Positions 10,382 to 20,142 of a stretch of DNA of 64,000 nucleotides are shown here, in pieces; position 1 is the stretch's first letter; every line of letters begins with the position of its first letter. A program made the translations under genes and the position numbers. The notes beneath the pieces are model-generated. The model worked only from the letters and a program-made list of their open reading frames with translations. It was not told where the DNA came from and did no database searches. The DNA comes from an uncultured Chloroflexia bacterium (GTDB lineage: Bacteria; Chloroflexota; Anaerolineae; Aggregatilineales; UBA3940): assembly GCA_963787375.1 (NCBI GenBank), contig CAWBCR010000022.1, positions 8,041-72,040 of the forward strand, in the 5' to 3' direction.

Positions 10382-11782
10382 ATGCGCTTTGTAACGAGGC
10401 GGCGCAGACTGTTGCCGCAAACTGACACGTACCACGCCCGGCGCAAGCGGCGCGCGCAGTGGCTGGCGTGGGGCGGCATCGGCGCATCCATTGCAGTGCT
10501 GATCATGACTGTCTCTGCACCGCTGTGGCTGCCGCCGCTGCTGCGGGCGACAATCCCCAGCCGCTATCTGGTCGCCTATGCACCGCAGCCGCTGCTCGAA
10601 ATGATCTTCGAGAACGACCCACTGCAAACCCTGCCGACGATCAGCGGGACGCCGATTGACCTTAACAGTGTCGTGCTGCCGACGCCGCTGCCGACCATCG
10701 CCAACCCCGTCCAGCAAACAGGCAGTCAGCCCGATACTGCCGGCACAGGCAGCACAGGCGGCTCTGTAAGCGGTGACGCCGCGCCAGGCTTCGTCCAGGT
10801 TGGCGGGCAGGCATCTGCCGGGTCGGTCGTCGCGGCTGATGGCAGCTCGGCGCAGCTAACCGGGTTCGTGCACACGTTTCAGGGGTGGAACAACTGCGGA
10901 CCTGCGACGCTGTCTATTGCGCTGAGTTATTGGGGCATAGGCGCCAGCCAGGCCAATATCGCTGCGTTTGTCAAGCCGGACCCTGAGGATCGCAACGTGC
11001 GGCCCGACGAGCTGGTTGCCTTCGTGCACAGCGAGGGGTATGAGGCGACGGTACGTATCAACGGCTCCCTCGACCTGCTCAAGCGGTTGATCCGGGCGGG
11101 CTACCCCGTCATCGTGCAGGAAGGCTTCGACCCGGAGCCGGATCGGCTGGGCTGGATGGGCCATTACCTGCTGCTGACGGGCTACAACGATGCCGCCCAG
11201 AGCTTTAACACGATGGACTCCTACCTGGGGCCTAACGAGTCGGAGGCCTACTCCAAGCTCGACCGCTACTGGCGGCACTTCGACCGGACGTATATTGTGG
11301 CCTATCCGCCTGACCAGGAGAGCGAAATCGCAGGGTTGATCGGCGCGGATATGGACGACCAGACCATGTATGCCAACGCGCTGACGCAGGCCCTCAACGA
11401 GAAGGACCAGAACCCCGGCGACCCGTTCGCGTGGTTCAACCTGGGCACCATCTATGTGGCCCTGGGTGATTATGACGCGGCAGCAACGTCCTTCGACCTG
11501 GCCCGCGAGCGGGGTACCCCCTGGCGCATGTTGTGGTACGAGTTCGGTCCGTACGAAGCGTATCTGCACGTAGGTGGCAATCGCCTGTACGACGTGACCA
11601 CGCTGGCCGACGCCGTGCTGAAGAACAATGTGTACTCCGAAGAAGCGTACTATTACAAGGGACTGGCGCTGCAGGCGCTGGGCGAAGCCACCGCCGCGCG
11701 CAACGAGTTCAACAAGGCGCTGCACTATAATCCGCACTACACGGCTGCCTATCAGGCGCTCCAGGCGCTAGGCGACGGCTAA
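10382..11782 (+). CDS. Membrane-anchored C39-like cysteine peptidase with TPRs (paralog of upstream gene)
   Basis: QGWNNCGPAT, NVRPDE, WMGHYL, MDSY, PFAWFNLG, PWRMLWY shared with upstream paralog. Confidence 0.82.
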   Translation: MRFVTRRRRLLPQTDTYHARRKRRAQWLAWGGIGASIAVLIMTVSAPLWLPPLLRATIPSRYLVAYAPQPLLEMIFENDPLQTLPTISGTPIDLNSVVLPTPLPTIANPVQQTGSQPDTAGTGSTGGSVSGDAAPGFVQVGGQASAGSVVAADGSSAQLTGFVHTFQGWNNCGPATLSIALSYWGIGASQANIAAFVKPDPEDRNVRPDELVAFVHSEGYEATVRINGSLDLLKRLIRAGYPVIVQEGFDPEPDRLGWMGHYLLLTGYNDAAQSFNTMDSYLGPNESEAYSKLDRYWRHFDRTYIVAYPPDQESEIAGLIGADMDDQTMYANALTQALNEKDQNPGDPFAWFNLGTIYVALGDYDAAATSFDLARERGTPWRMLWYEFGPYEAYLHVGGNRLYDVTTLADAVLKNNVYSEEAYYYKGLALQALGEATAARNEFNKALHYNPHYTAAYQALQALGDG

Positions 11783-11885
11783 GGGCCCTTCTGCTCCGGG
11801 CCCACGATCGGGAAACGTCGACGGGCGTCCCACAATAAGACGCCCGTCGGTTTTTAACGCGCCACTTCCAACAGGATAGGAATTT

Positions 11886-13487
11886 ATGAGCGAGATCGCC
11901 CTGTCTGCCAAGCAGGAGAACCGCACCGGTCGGGTCGCCCGCTCGACGCTGATCGTGATGGCGGGAGTTGCCGCGGCGACGGTCACCGGGCTGGTGAAGC
12001 AGCGCATCGTGGCAGTGAACTTTGGCACCAGCGCCGCGCTCGACGCGTTCACCGCCGCCAACGGCATTCCGGAACTGCTGTTTACGATGCTGGCGGGCGG
12101 CGCGCTGGCTTTCGCGTTCATCCCCGTCTATACCGAATCTCTCGACAGAGACGACCCGCGCGGCGCGGACACGCTGATGAGCCAGGTGATCAACATCATC
12201 TTCCTGCTGACCGCAGCCGCATCGGCGCTAGTGGCCCTGTTCGCGCCGACGCTGGTCAGCGCGCCGTGGGGTGTGGGGCCGAACTTCCCACCCGAGGTGC
12301 AGCGGCTGACCGCCGACTTGATGCGGGTGCTGCTGTTTTCGACGGTGATCTTCGCGGTGAGCAGCATCGTGACCGGCACGCTGCACGCTCACCAGCACTT
12401 CCTGTTCCCGGCGCTGGCCCCGGTGATGTACAGCGGTGGGATCATCTTCGGGGCGCTAGTGCTTGCACCTCAGATGGGCATCTTTGGGCTGGCGTGGGGA
12501 GCGGTGATCGGCGCGGTGCTGCACTTGCTGGTTCAGGTGCCAGGGCTGATCCTGTTCAGGGCGCGTTGGCGGCTGGCGTTCGGCTGGAGCAGCCCGGCGC
12601 TGCGCCGCGTGGCGGTCCTGATGGCCCCGCGCGTGATTGACCTGCTAATGGCACGGGTCAGCATCGACTGGATCAACGCCAACCTGGGCTCCGGGTTGGG
12701 CGTGGGACGCGTGTCGTCACTGCGCTACGCCTACCAGCTCATGAACATGCCGTGGACGTTCATCGGCACCGCGATTGGCATCGCGGTATTTCCCACAATG
12801 GCCGAACTGGCGGCCCGTAAGGACATCAGCGCGCAGCGGCAGGCGTTAAGCGGATCGCTGCGGGCCATCCTGACGCTGACACTGCCGGCTGCGGCGGGCC
12901 TGATCGTACTGGGGCGGCCTATCATCCGGTTGCTGTTCGAGGGTGGCGAGTTCACTGCGCAAAGCACCGAGCTGGTTTTCTATGCGCTACAGTTCTACAC
13001 GGTCGCGCTGATCAGCCAGTCGGTGCTGGAGGTGGTGGTCCGGGCCTATGCCGCCCAGCAGGATACTTACACTCCGCTGTACGTGTCGTTCTTCACCACG
13101 GCCTTGAACGTGGGGCTGGCGATCTGGCTGTCGCGCCCAGAGCGGCTGTCGCATGGGGGGCTGGCGCTGGCCAACGGCGTTGCGGTGGGGGTCGAGGCGC
13201 TGGCCGACATGGTGATCCTGCACATCCGGTGGGGCGGGGTCGACGCGCGGCGGATTCTGACTGACACCGGTAAGGCGCTGCTGGCCGCCGCGCTGATGTC
13301 GGCGGCGGTGGTGGGGTTCAAACAGGTAGCGCACGTCGGGTCGCTGGTGACGCTGGTCGGCGGCGGCGCGATTGGCGTCGTGGTGTATTTCGGTGCGGCG
13401 CTGCTGCTGGGCATCAAAGAGGTGCGCACGCTGCCGCTGATGCTGCTGAAGCGCATCGGGCAGAGCGGTGAGGACGCCCAACCGTGA
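11886..13487 (+). CDS. murJ: Lipid II flippase MurJ (MviN)
   Basis: FGTSAALDAF, GGALAFAFIPVY, polytopic membrane protein, HGGLALAN. Confidence 0.9.
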   Translation: MSEIALSAKQENRTGRVARSTLIVMAGVAAATVTGLVKQRIVAVNFGTSAALDAFTAANGIPELLFTMLAGGALAFAFIPVYTESLDRDDPRGADTLMSQVINIIFLLTAAASALVALFAPTLVSAPWGVGPNFPPEVQRLTADLMRVLLFSTVIFAVSSIVTGTLHAHQHFLFPALAPVMYSGGIIFGALVLAPQMGIFGLAWGAVIGAVLHLLVQVPGLILFRARWRLAFGWSSPALRRVAVLMAPRVIDLLMARVSIDWINANLGSGLGVGRVSSLRYAYQLMNMPWTFIGTAIGIAVFPTMAELAARKDISAQRQALSGSLRAILTLTLPAAAGLIVLGRPIIRLLFEGGEFTAQSTELVFYALQFYTVALISQSVLEVVVRAYAAQQDTYTPLYVSFFTTALNVGLAIWLSRPERLSHGGLALANGVAVGVEALADMVILHIRWGGVDARRILTDTGKALLAAALMSAAVVGFKQVAHVGSLVTLVGGGAIGVVVYFGAALLLGIKEVRTLPLMLLKRIGQSGEDAQP

Positions 13488-13930
13488 GTTTCGGCTCGCT
13501 GGAGCGCTTCGCCGACGCGGTGAGAATCGCCACAGCTGGCCGCGTGAACTGCCGTGCGGTGCTGGCCTTAGATTTCGCGCCGGACAGCGCCGCCCTCCAC
13601 ATACTGGGGAACGTGCTGCCTGGCTTACAGGTGACGGTAGGCGATCCTGGCGTGCCGTCGCCGGGAGGGCCACCGCCCAATCTGATTGTGGTGCGCCACC
13701 CTGACGTGGCGCTTCGACGCGAAGCGTGGGACACTGGCCTTCACGCGGCGCTGGTCGATCTGTGCGAGGGAGGCATCTTCCTGGCGACGACCGACCTACT
13801 GCCCGACGCTGCGTTCATCGATGGGATCGCCCGGTCGACGGGTCTGCGAATGCGACCCGGAACCCCCTACTCTGTGGTGGCAGTCGCATTGGATGGTTCA
13901 GATCGTTATATTCTTATCTACGATAGGTGA
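13484..13930 (+). CDS. Hypothetical protein
   Basis: 148-aa ORF overlapping the murJ stop by 4 nt; no motif recognised. Confidence 0.5.
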   Translation: MSFGSLERFADAVRIATAGRVNCRAVLALDFAPDSAALHILGNVLPGLQVTVGDPGVPSPGGPPPNLIVVRHPDVALRREAWDTGLHAALVDLCEGGIFLATTDLLPDAAFIDGIARSTGLRMRPGTPYSVVAVALDGSDRYILIYDR

Positions 13931-13994
13931 CCACACAGACTACGAGCCTGGTCGGCAACCAACACCGGTGAGTACCCGGATGGAGGGGGAACCA

Positions 13995-14495
13995 ATGCGC
14001 ACTATGCTTCAAGTAGCGAACCAACGCAGCTACCCGATCGTCGCCGCGATTGTGTTCGTGCTGCTGGCGTGGCTGCTGGCCCGCAACGGCGTCACCGCTG
14101 TTGATGTCGTTATATTGGCCGTGTTCCTGGGTGGCGCGCTCGCCGTATGGTTTGCGCTGGTCAGCGCCCCATCAGAAGGAATGGACAGCGAGCAGGCGGT
14201 GCGCCATGCGTTGAGCAATGGCCAGACGCCCACTGTGATTGAGTTTTATTCACGCTACTGCATGGGCTGTATGGCCATGAAACCGGTGGTCGACCAACTG
14301 GAAAACGAGGCGGGCGACCGGCTCCGCATTGTCCGGCTTGACGTGCACAACGAGCCCGGCCAGTCGCTGATGGCGGAATACGGCGTCGCTTTCACGCCGA
14401 CGTTTGTGCTGGTCGACCGGAATGGCAGCAAAGTGATGGAAAGCGTCGGCATGCTGGACCGCGACCGCGTGCTGCGCGAGCTGGAGAGTGTATGA
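13995..14495 (+). CDS. Membrane-anchored thioredoxin-family protein
   Basis: Two TM helices, EFYSRYCMGC (CxxC), TPTF cis-Pro; RBS GGAGG upstream of ATG 13995. Confidence 0.85.
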   Translation: MRTMLQVANQRSYPIVAAIVFVLLAWLLARNGVTAVDVVILAVFLGGALAVWFALVSAPSEGMDSEQAVRHALSNGQTPTVIEFYSRYCMGCMAMKPVVDQLENEAGDRLRIVRLDVHNEPGQSLMAEYGVAFTPTFVLVDRNGSKVMESVGMLDRDRVLRELESV

Positions 14496-15085
14496 TCCGG
14501 CGGCTGTTCTTCGGGTGGCGCTACCTGACCGGCCAGACGCCGTGGGATACCGGCATCACGCCGCCCGAGATCGTCAGATTGATTGAAGATGAGAATCTGC
14601 CAGCAGGCCGGGCAATTGACCTGGGCTGCGGAACGGGCACAAACGTCATCTACCTGGCGAAACACGGCTGGCAAGCAACCGGCATCGACTTCGTCGCCAG
14701 CGCGATCAGCGAGGCGCAGCGCAAGGCACGCCGGGAAGGCGTTGCGGCAGCCACGCAGTTCATCAGTGGCGACGTGTCGCGGCTGGACGAGATGGAGTTG
14801 GACGGACCGTTTGACCTTGCGGTGGACATCGGCTGTGGGCACGGCCTGCTGCCGCAGGATCAGCAGCGCTACGCCCGCGCGCTGGGCACAATCATGCGGC
14901 CCGGCGGCGTGTTGATGGCCTACATGTTCCGCCCGACCCCGCAATGGCCGCGCGGCCTCGCGCCAGAAGCCGTAGAGGCGCTGTTCGTGCCAGCCTTCCG
15001 GCTGGTGTGGAGCAATCTGGGGACCGATCGGTCGGCGGATCAGGGGTCGGCGTGGTATCGCTTCGAGCGGGTTGAGGCGACCTGA
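14492..15085 (+). CDS. Class I SAM-dependent methyltransferase (TPMT/TehB-like)
   Basis: TPWDTG, IDLGCGTG, DIGCGH. Confidence 0.88.
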   Translation: MIRRLFFGWRYLTGQTPWDTGITPPEIVRLIEDENLPAGRAIDLGCGTGTNVIYLAKHGWQATGIDFVASAISEAQRKARREGVAAATQFISGDVSRLDEMELDGPFDLAVDIGCGHGLLPQDQQRYARALGTIMRPGGVLMAYMFRPTPQWPRGLAPEAVEALFVPAFRLVWSNLGTDRSADQGSAWYRFERVEAT

Positions 15086-15087
15086 TA

Positions 15088-16005
15088 ATGCGCGTTCTGT
15101 TCCTGTTTCTTGATGGCGTCGGGCTGGGCGACGACGATCCGCTGCACAACGCCTTTGCAACCGCGTATCTGCCGGCGCTGACCGGCTTCACACATGGGGC
15201 GCGCTGGCTGCGCGGCCTGGAGCGCTCGGCAAACGGGCGCGGCACGTTCATTCCCACCGACGCCTGCCTGGGCGTGAGCGGCAGACCGCAAAGCGCCAGC
15301 GGTCAGGCAGCGATTATGACCGGCCTCAACGTGCCGCGCATCATCGGGCGACACTATGGGCCCAAGCCCAACCCGGTTATCGCCGGGATCATCACGCGCG
15401 GCAGCATCGTCAAAACGATGGCGGAACACGGCCTCACAGTTGGATTTGTCAACGCCTTCCCACCCGACTTCTTCAAGGCGGTCAACCGCGGCAAACGGCT
15501 GCTGTCATCTAATCAGCTTGCGCTGGAGGTAGGCGGTGTCAGGCTTTCTGGCGCAGACGAGATACTCAGCGGGCAGGCCATGTCGGCAGACTTCACCGGG
15601 CAGGGCTGGCGCAGTGATCTGGGCTTCGCCGCCGCGCCGGTCATGACGCCGCAAGAAGCGGGTCGCAAGCTGGCCACCCTTGCGCAAGCCCATGATTTTA
15701 CCTTCTTCGATCACTGGGTAACGGATTACGTCGGCCACCGGGGCACACTTCAGGACGCCGTCTATCGCCTGGAGGTGCTTGATGGCGTGATAGCCGGGCT
15801 GCTGGAGGCATGGGACGACAGCCAGGGGCTAATCGTGATGACCAGTGACCACGGGAACATCGAGGACCTTGGTAAGCGGGGCCATACCACCAATTCCGTC
15901 CCAACGCTGGTCATCGGCAGCGGCCACACGGCATTCGCCGAGGGGCTGACCAGCCTCGTAGACCTCGCACCGCGTGTGCTCGCCGTGCTCGGTATCACAC
16001 ATTAG
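15088..16005 (+). CDS. Alkaline-phosphatase superfamily metalloenzyme (phosphopentomutase/iPGM-like)
   Basis: FLDGVG, PQSASGQ, DYVGH, TSDHGN, HTTNSVP. Confidence 0.82.
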   Translation: MRVLFLFLDGVGLGDDDPLHNAFATAYLPALTGFTHGARWLRGLERSANGRGTFIPTDACLGVSGRPQSASGQAAIMTGLNVPRIIGRHYGPKPNPVIAGIITRGSIVKTMAEHGLTVGFVNAFPPDFFKAVNRGKRLLSSNQLALEVGGVRLSGADEILSGQAMSADFTGQGWRSDLGFAAAPVMTPQEAGRKLATLAQAHDFTFFDHWVTDYVGHRGTLQDAVYRLEVLDGVIAGLLEAWDDSQGLIVMTSDHGNIEDLGKRGHTTNSVPTLVIGSGHTAFAEGLTSLVDLAPRVLAVLGITH

Positions 16006-16099
16006 CCCCATCAGATCACTGGCCCTTTCCCGAAAATCGCCTTACACTTGAATCGAACCGTCCTGCAAGCCGAGTGCTGCTGGTAAAGGCAGGTTTGAC

Positions 16100-16702
16100 A
16101 TGGAGAGTAGACGGATCAACCACCTGACAGCCGATGAGCGGCGCACACTGCTCAAACTGGCGCGCGACTCAATCGTCGCGGCGGCGGCGGGCAGTAGCCT
16201 GCCGCATGCCGATCTGGAGGCCTATACGCCTGCGCTTCGCGAGAACGGCGCGTGCTTTGTGACGCTGACCGCCGGGGAGCGGCTGCGCGGCTGCACTGGC
16301 ATTCTCGTCGCGCAGGGCCCGCTTGTTCAGGAGGTCATCAGGACGGCGGCGCAGACCGCGCTCAGCGATCCGCGCTTCGCACCGGTCACCCCACGCGAGG
16401 TACCAGGGTTGAGCATCGAGATCTCAGTGCTGACACCTCCACAGCCGCTGGTATTCTTTCAGCCAGAGGAACTACCAAAACTGCTGCGTCCAGGCGTCGA
16501 CGGCGTTACCCTTAGCCGGGGGATGTACCGCGCGACGTTCCTGCCGCAGGTGTGGGACCAAGAGCCGGATCCGGTCCAGTTCCTCGATAGGTTGTGTATA
16601 AAGATGGAGCTTTCCGCCGGTTCCTGGCGGCAGCCGGGATGGCGTGTCGACACCTACCAGGTTGAGGAGTTCTCGGAAGACGAACTGGCGGAAGCGCGGT
16701 AA
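16100..16702 (+). CDS. amrA: AmmeMemoRadiSam system protein A (AMMECR1 family)
   Basis: CFVTL, LRGC.G, DPRF, EISVL, ATFLPQVW. Confidence 0.9.
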   Translation: MESRRINHLTADERRTLLKLARDSIVAAAAGSSLPHADLEAYTPALRENGACFVTLTAGERLRGCTGILVAQGPLVQEVIRTAAQTALSDPRFAPVTPREVPGLSIEISVLTPPQPLVFFQPEELPKLLRPGVDGVTLSRGMYRATFLPQVWDQEPDPVQFLDRLCIKMELSAGSWRQPGWRVDTYQVEEFSEDELAEAR

Positions 16703-16742
16703 CGCCTCCGCCAGTCTAGTCGTGAGCTGATCGGCCCCAGTT

Positions 16743-17546
16743 TTACGGCGTTGCAGTAGGGCCCGGTGTTTCGGTTGGCCCAGGGGTAGCTGTCGGCTGC
16801 GGAATTGACGTCTGCGCCCCAATAAACGCCCCGCTCGACACGTCAGCGTTGGGTGAGTAGACCAGCCGGCTTTGCTCGTCGAATATCAGCCGCTCGCCGC
16901 CCAGCCCCAGCAGCGTGTGCAGGCCGGGTCGCGGATTGAACACGCCGTTCTTGTCGAGAAACCCACCTGGGTCATAGCGGTAGTCCGCCGTGTACTGGAC
17001 TTCATCTGCCGTCGCCCAGCCCAGGCGCGCCCGCTGATCCGGCGTGAGCTTGTCGCGCCACACCTTGCCAAAGCCCCGAACCGGCTGCTGCAGGCCGGGT
17101 AGCGTTGGGTCCATCGACGGATCAGAGACGATGTCGGTCCCCTGCTGCCAATCGTCGACGAAGGTCATCCAGTCGCCTACCCGCCGGTCGCGGTCGAAGA
17201 TTGCTACCCATATCTCGCCTGAGCCAGTCTCGTAGGTATGTGTGGTTTTGCAGCGCTCGTCGTTGGTCCCGCCGATCCAAAACATGTAGCCGCGCTCGAA
17301 GGTTTGCTCGACGACCTGACCCTTGCACAGGAACGGCTGTTCAATCGTAACCGGCTGGTCCTGCGGTGCGGGTGTGTCCTGCGTGTTCTGTGCAGATGGC
17401 TGGCCCGTAGGTGTATCGGTGACAACCACGTAGACCGGCGTCTGCGTCGGAGTGCCGCTGGCGGTCGTCGCACCTCCACAGCCGGCCAGCAGCGCTAGCA
17501 GGGCAGCAGCCGTCACGGCCTGTACGAAACTTCTTGAAAGCTGCAT
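16743..17546 (-). CDS. Lipoprotein of unknown function
   Basis: Lipobox LAGC; motifs QTFERGYMFW and QPVRGFGKVWR; Pro/Thr tails. Confidence 0.75.
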   Translation of the reverse strand: MQLSRSFVQAVTAAALLALLAGCGGATTASGTPTQTPVYVVVTDTPTGQPSAQNTQDTPAPQDQPVTIEQPFLCKGQVVEQTFERGYMFWIGGTNDERCKTTHTYETGSGEIWVAIFDRDRRVGDWMTFVDDWQQGTDIVSDPSMDPTLPGLQQPVRGFGKVWRDKLTPDQRARLGWATADEVQYTADYRYDPGGFLDKNGVFNPRPGLHTLLGLGGERLIFDEQSRLVYSPNADVSSGAFIGAQTSIPQPTATPGPTETPGPTATP

Positions 17547-17897
17547 GAGAATCCTCTTTCCGTGTTAGATTCCGGATTCGCTACCATTTCATGTATACGC
17601 ACATGCGAGCCGATTGTAGCATCCCACGTGCAAGGGCTGCCACTGTCATGACAAACCTGTGTCTGCAGTGTCAGGAAGCTGTAAGGATAGCGGCGGCAGG
17701 TCGACTGCAACACGCGGAAGCCCGTTTCTGTGTCTTGCACCCGCCAGCGTGTGCCGCTAAACTTGAATTGACCTGCCAATCGGCTTTCGTTCGCCGGAGC
17801 GGGGGAGGCCTGTGTCAGCCGTCTATTGGAGGCAAATACAGACAGGCTGCCAGTTCCGCCCCGGCCGACATGATCACTTCTGGCCGAGATCAATCAC

Positions 17898-18917
17898 ATG
17901 GCTACCGTAAGCGTGACCGTTCCAGCGACCAGTAGCAACCTGGGGCCGGGCTTTGACAGCATGGCTCTGGCCCTGGGCCTTCACAACATTGTCGAGCTGA
18001 GCGACACAGAGGCCGGCCTGTCTGTCGAGGTTGCCGGTGAGGGCGCAAACCGCCTGCCGCACGACGCAGGCAACCTGGCTGTGCGGGCCGCGGCTGCGAT
18101 CTTCCGTCGGGCTGGGCTGGCTCCCGGCGGGCTGGCCGTGCATATCGAGAGCAATATCCCGCCCGGCGTAGGGTTGGGCAGCAGCGCCACGGCACTGGTG
18201 GGCGGGGCAATGGCAGCCAACGTCCTGATCGGCTGCCCGCTCAGCCGCGATGAGGTGCTGCGCGCGGCGATCCAGATCGAGGGACACCCAGAAGCGGCAA
18301 CAGCGGCGCTATTCGGCGGGCTGGTGATCAGCAGCAGCGACGGCGGCGACCTGGTCTATACAGGTGTCCCAATTGCGGCGCTGCACGTCGCCATCGCAGT
18401 CCCGGCGACAGAGATCGACGGGTCGCGAGCCAGCCTGCCGCAGGAGGTGCTGCTGACCGACGCCGCGCTGAACATCGGGCGGGCGGCGCTGGTGGTGCAG
18501 GCGCTGAGCCGTGGCGATTACGATCTGCTCGAACGCGCCATGCACGACTGCCTCCACGAGCCCGCCCGCAGCCGCCAGATTCCCGGTTATGGGCACGCGG
18601 TCGAGGCCGCACGGCGCTACGGCGCGAAGGCAGTCGCGATCAGCGGAGCCGGGCCAGCGCTGATCGCGTTTGCGCCTGACAACCACGAGCAGATCGCCGA
18701 GGCGATGGCACGGGCTCTGCACGATGCAGGCGGTGGCGACGTGCGCACCTGGGTGCTGGCCCACGACACACAGGGCATCAGCATCAGCGAAAGCGGGACG
18801 CAGGTCACGCAAGGCGACCGGCCCATCCCGGCCAGCGGCCAGCCCGCGCCGCCGCCTGACTGCCATCAGCGACATCCTGTTCGCCAACCCTATCCCGACC
18901 TCCAGCGCAGCCTTTGA
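17898..18917 (+). CDS. thrB: Homoserine kinase-like GHMP kinase
   Basis: VPATSSNLGPGFD, IPPGVGLGSSA, ISGAGP. Confidence 0.8.
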   Translation: MATVSVTVPATSSNLGPGFDSMALALGLHNIVELSDTEAGLSVEVAGEGANRLPHDAGNLAVRAAAAIFRRAGLAPGGLAVHIESNIPPGVGLGSSATALVGGAMAANVLIGCPLSRDEVLRAAIQIEGHPEAATAALFGGLVISSSDGGDLVYTGVPIAALHVAIAVPATEIDGSRASLPQEVLLTDAALNIGRAALVVQALSRGDYDLLERAMHDCLHEPARSRQIPGYGHAVEAARRYGAKAVAISGAGPALIAFAPDNHEQIAEAMARALHDAGGGDVRTWVLAHDTQGISISESGTQVTQGDRPIPASGQPAPPPDCHQRHPVRQPYPDLQRSL

Positions 18918-18953
18918 CCGCTGCCCCACCCACCCTTGAAGGAGAACCCACTC

Positions 18954-19598
18954 ATGAAGCTGTATCTCGACTCGGCGGATCTCGACGATGTGCGGCGCGC
19001 AATGGCGCTCGGCTTCGTGGACGGCGTGACGACGAACCCGTCGCTGATCGCCAGAACCGGGCGGCCGGGGCTTGGCGTGCTGCGCGACATCCTCGGCATG
19101 ACGGGTGGCCCAGTATGGTACCAGGTCACGGCTGACAGCGTCGAGGGGCGCGAGGCGCAGGCACACGAGGCTGCCGCGCTGGAGCGCGACCGCGTGCAGG
19201 TCAAGATCCCGGCGACAACCGAAAACTTCACGCTGGCGTCGCGGCTGGTGAAACAGGGGCTTCACTGCACGCTCACTGCCGTAGCCAGCCCTGCGCAAGC
19301 GTACCTCGCCGCGCTCGTCGGCGCATCGTACATCGCGCCCTACGTCAACCGTCTGACCCGCCAGCTTGGCGACGGCATCGCCGTGCTGCGCGACTGTGCA
19401 GCTATCGTCAGCGGCTCGCAGACACAGGTGCTGGCCGCCAGCCTGAAATCGGTCGACGAGGTCGTCGCCGCGGTGCTGAACGGGGCGCAGAACATCACGA
19501 TACCGCTCGACATGATCCTCGCGCTGGGTAACCACCCGCTGTCGCAGCAGGCCATCGACGATTTTGACGCGGCGTTGAAGGCGGTGAACCTGCCATGA
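18954..19598 (+). CDS. fsa: Fructose-6-phosphate aldolase / transaldolase family (FSA-type)
   Basis: LYLDSAD, GVTTNPS, VKIP; Gln in WYQV and Tyr in APYVNR are FSA-type rather than transaldolase (E/F). Confidence 0.8.
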   Translation: MKLYLDSADLDDVRRAMALGFVDGVTTNPSLIARTGRPGLGVLRDILGMTGGPVWYQVTADSVEGREAQAHEAAALERDRVQVKIPATTENFTLASRLVKQGLHCTLTAVASPAQAYLAALVGASYIAPYVNRLTRQLGDGIAVLRDCAAIVSGSQTQVLAASLKSVDEVVAAVLNGAQNITIPLDMILALGNHPLSQQAIDDFDAALKAVNLP

Positions 19599-20122
19599 TC
19601 GCGCAGCTTGAGCATCCGCTGCCTTTTCTGGATAGCGGCCTGACACAGATCGCCATCCTGGTCGAAGACCTTGACCGGACCGTTGAAGCCTATTGGAGGC
19701 TGTTCCACATCGGGCCGTGGCACTTCTACACTTATCAGAAGCCGCTGGTCAGCCAGATGACCTACCGCGGCAGGCCCGCCGATTACCGGATGCGCCTCGC
19801 GCTGTCGTACTTCGGGCCAACGCGTATCGAGCTGATCCAGCCGCTGCAAGGCCCGTCGATCTACGATGAGTTCATCGCAAAGCACGGCTACGGCGTGCAG
19901 CACTTCGGATTGGTGGTCAACGACATGCAGGCCGCCCTGGCGCAGGCGCGCGCCGCCGGGCTCGATGTGATCATGGATGGCTCCGGTTTTGGCGCGGACG
20001 GCGACGGCTGCTATGCCTACCTTAACACCGAGGGCCTGCTGGGTATCACGCTGGAGCTGATCGAGCGCCCGAAGCGGCGGGTGCCCCCGGAGAAGATCTA
20101 TCCGCCGCAGGACGGCGACTGA
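19595..20122 (+). CDS. VOC/glyoxalase family protein (methylmalonyl-CoA epimerase-like)
   Basis: QIAILVEDL, IELIQP, GVQHFG, LELIE. Confidence 0.85.
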   Translation: MIAQLEHPLPFLDSGLTQIAILVEDLDRTVEAYWRLFHIGPWHFYTYQKPLVSQMTYRGRPADYRMRLALSYFGPTRIELIQPLQGPSIYDEFIAKHGYGVQHFGLVVNDMQAALAQARAAGLDVIMDGSGFGADGDGCYAYLNTEGLLGITLELIERPKRRVPPEKIYPPQDGD

Positions 20123-20142
20123 CGACCCCGCAGGAGCGCGAC

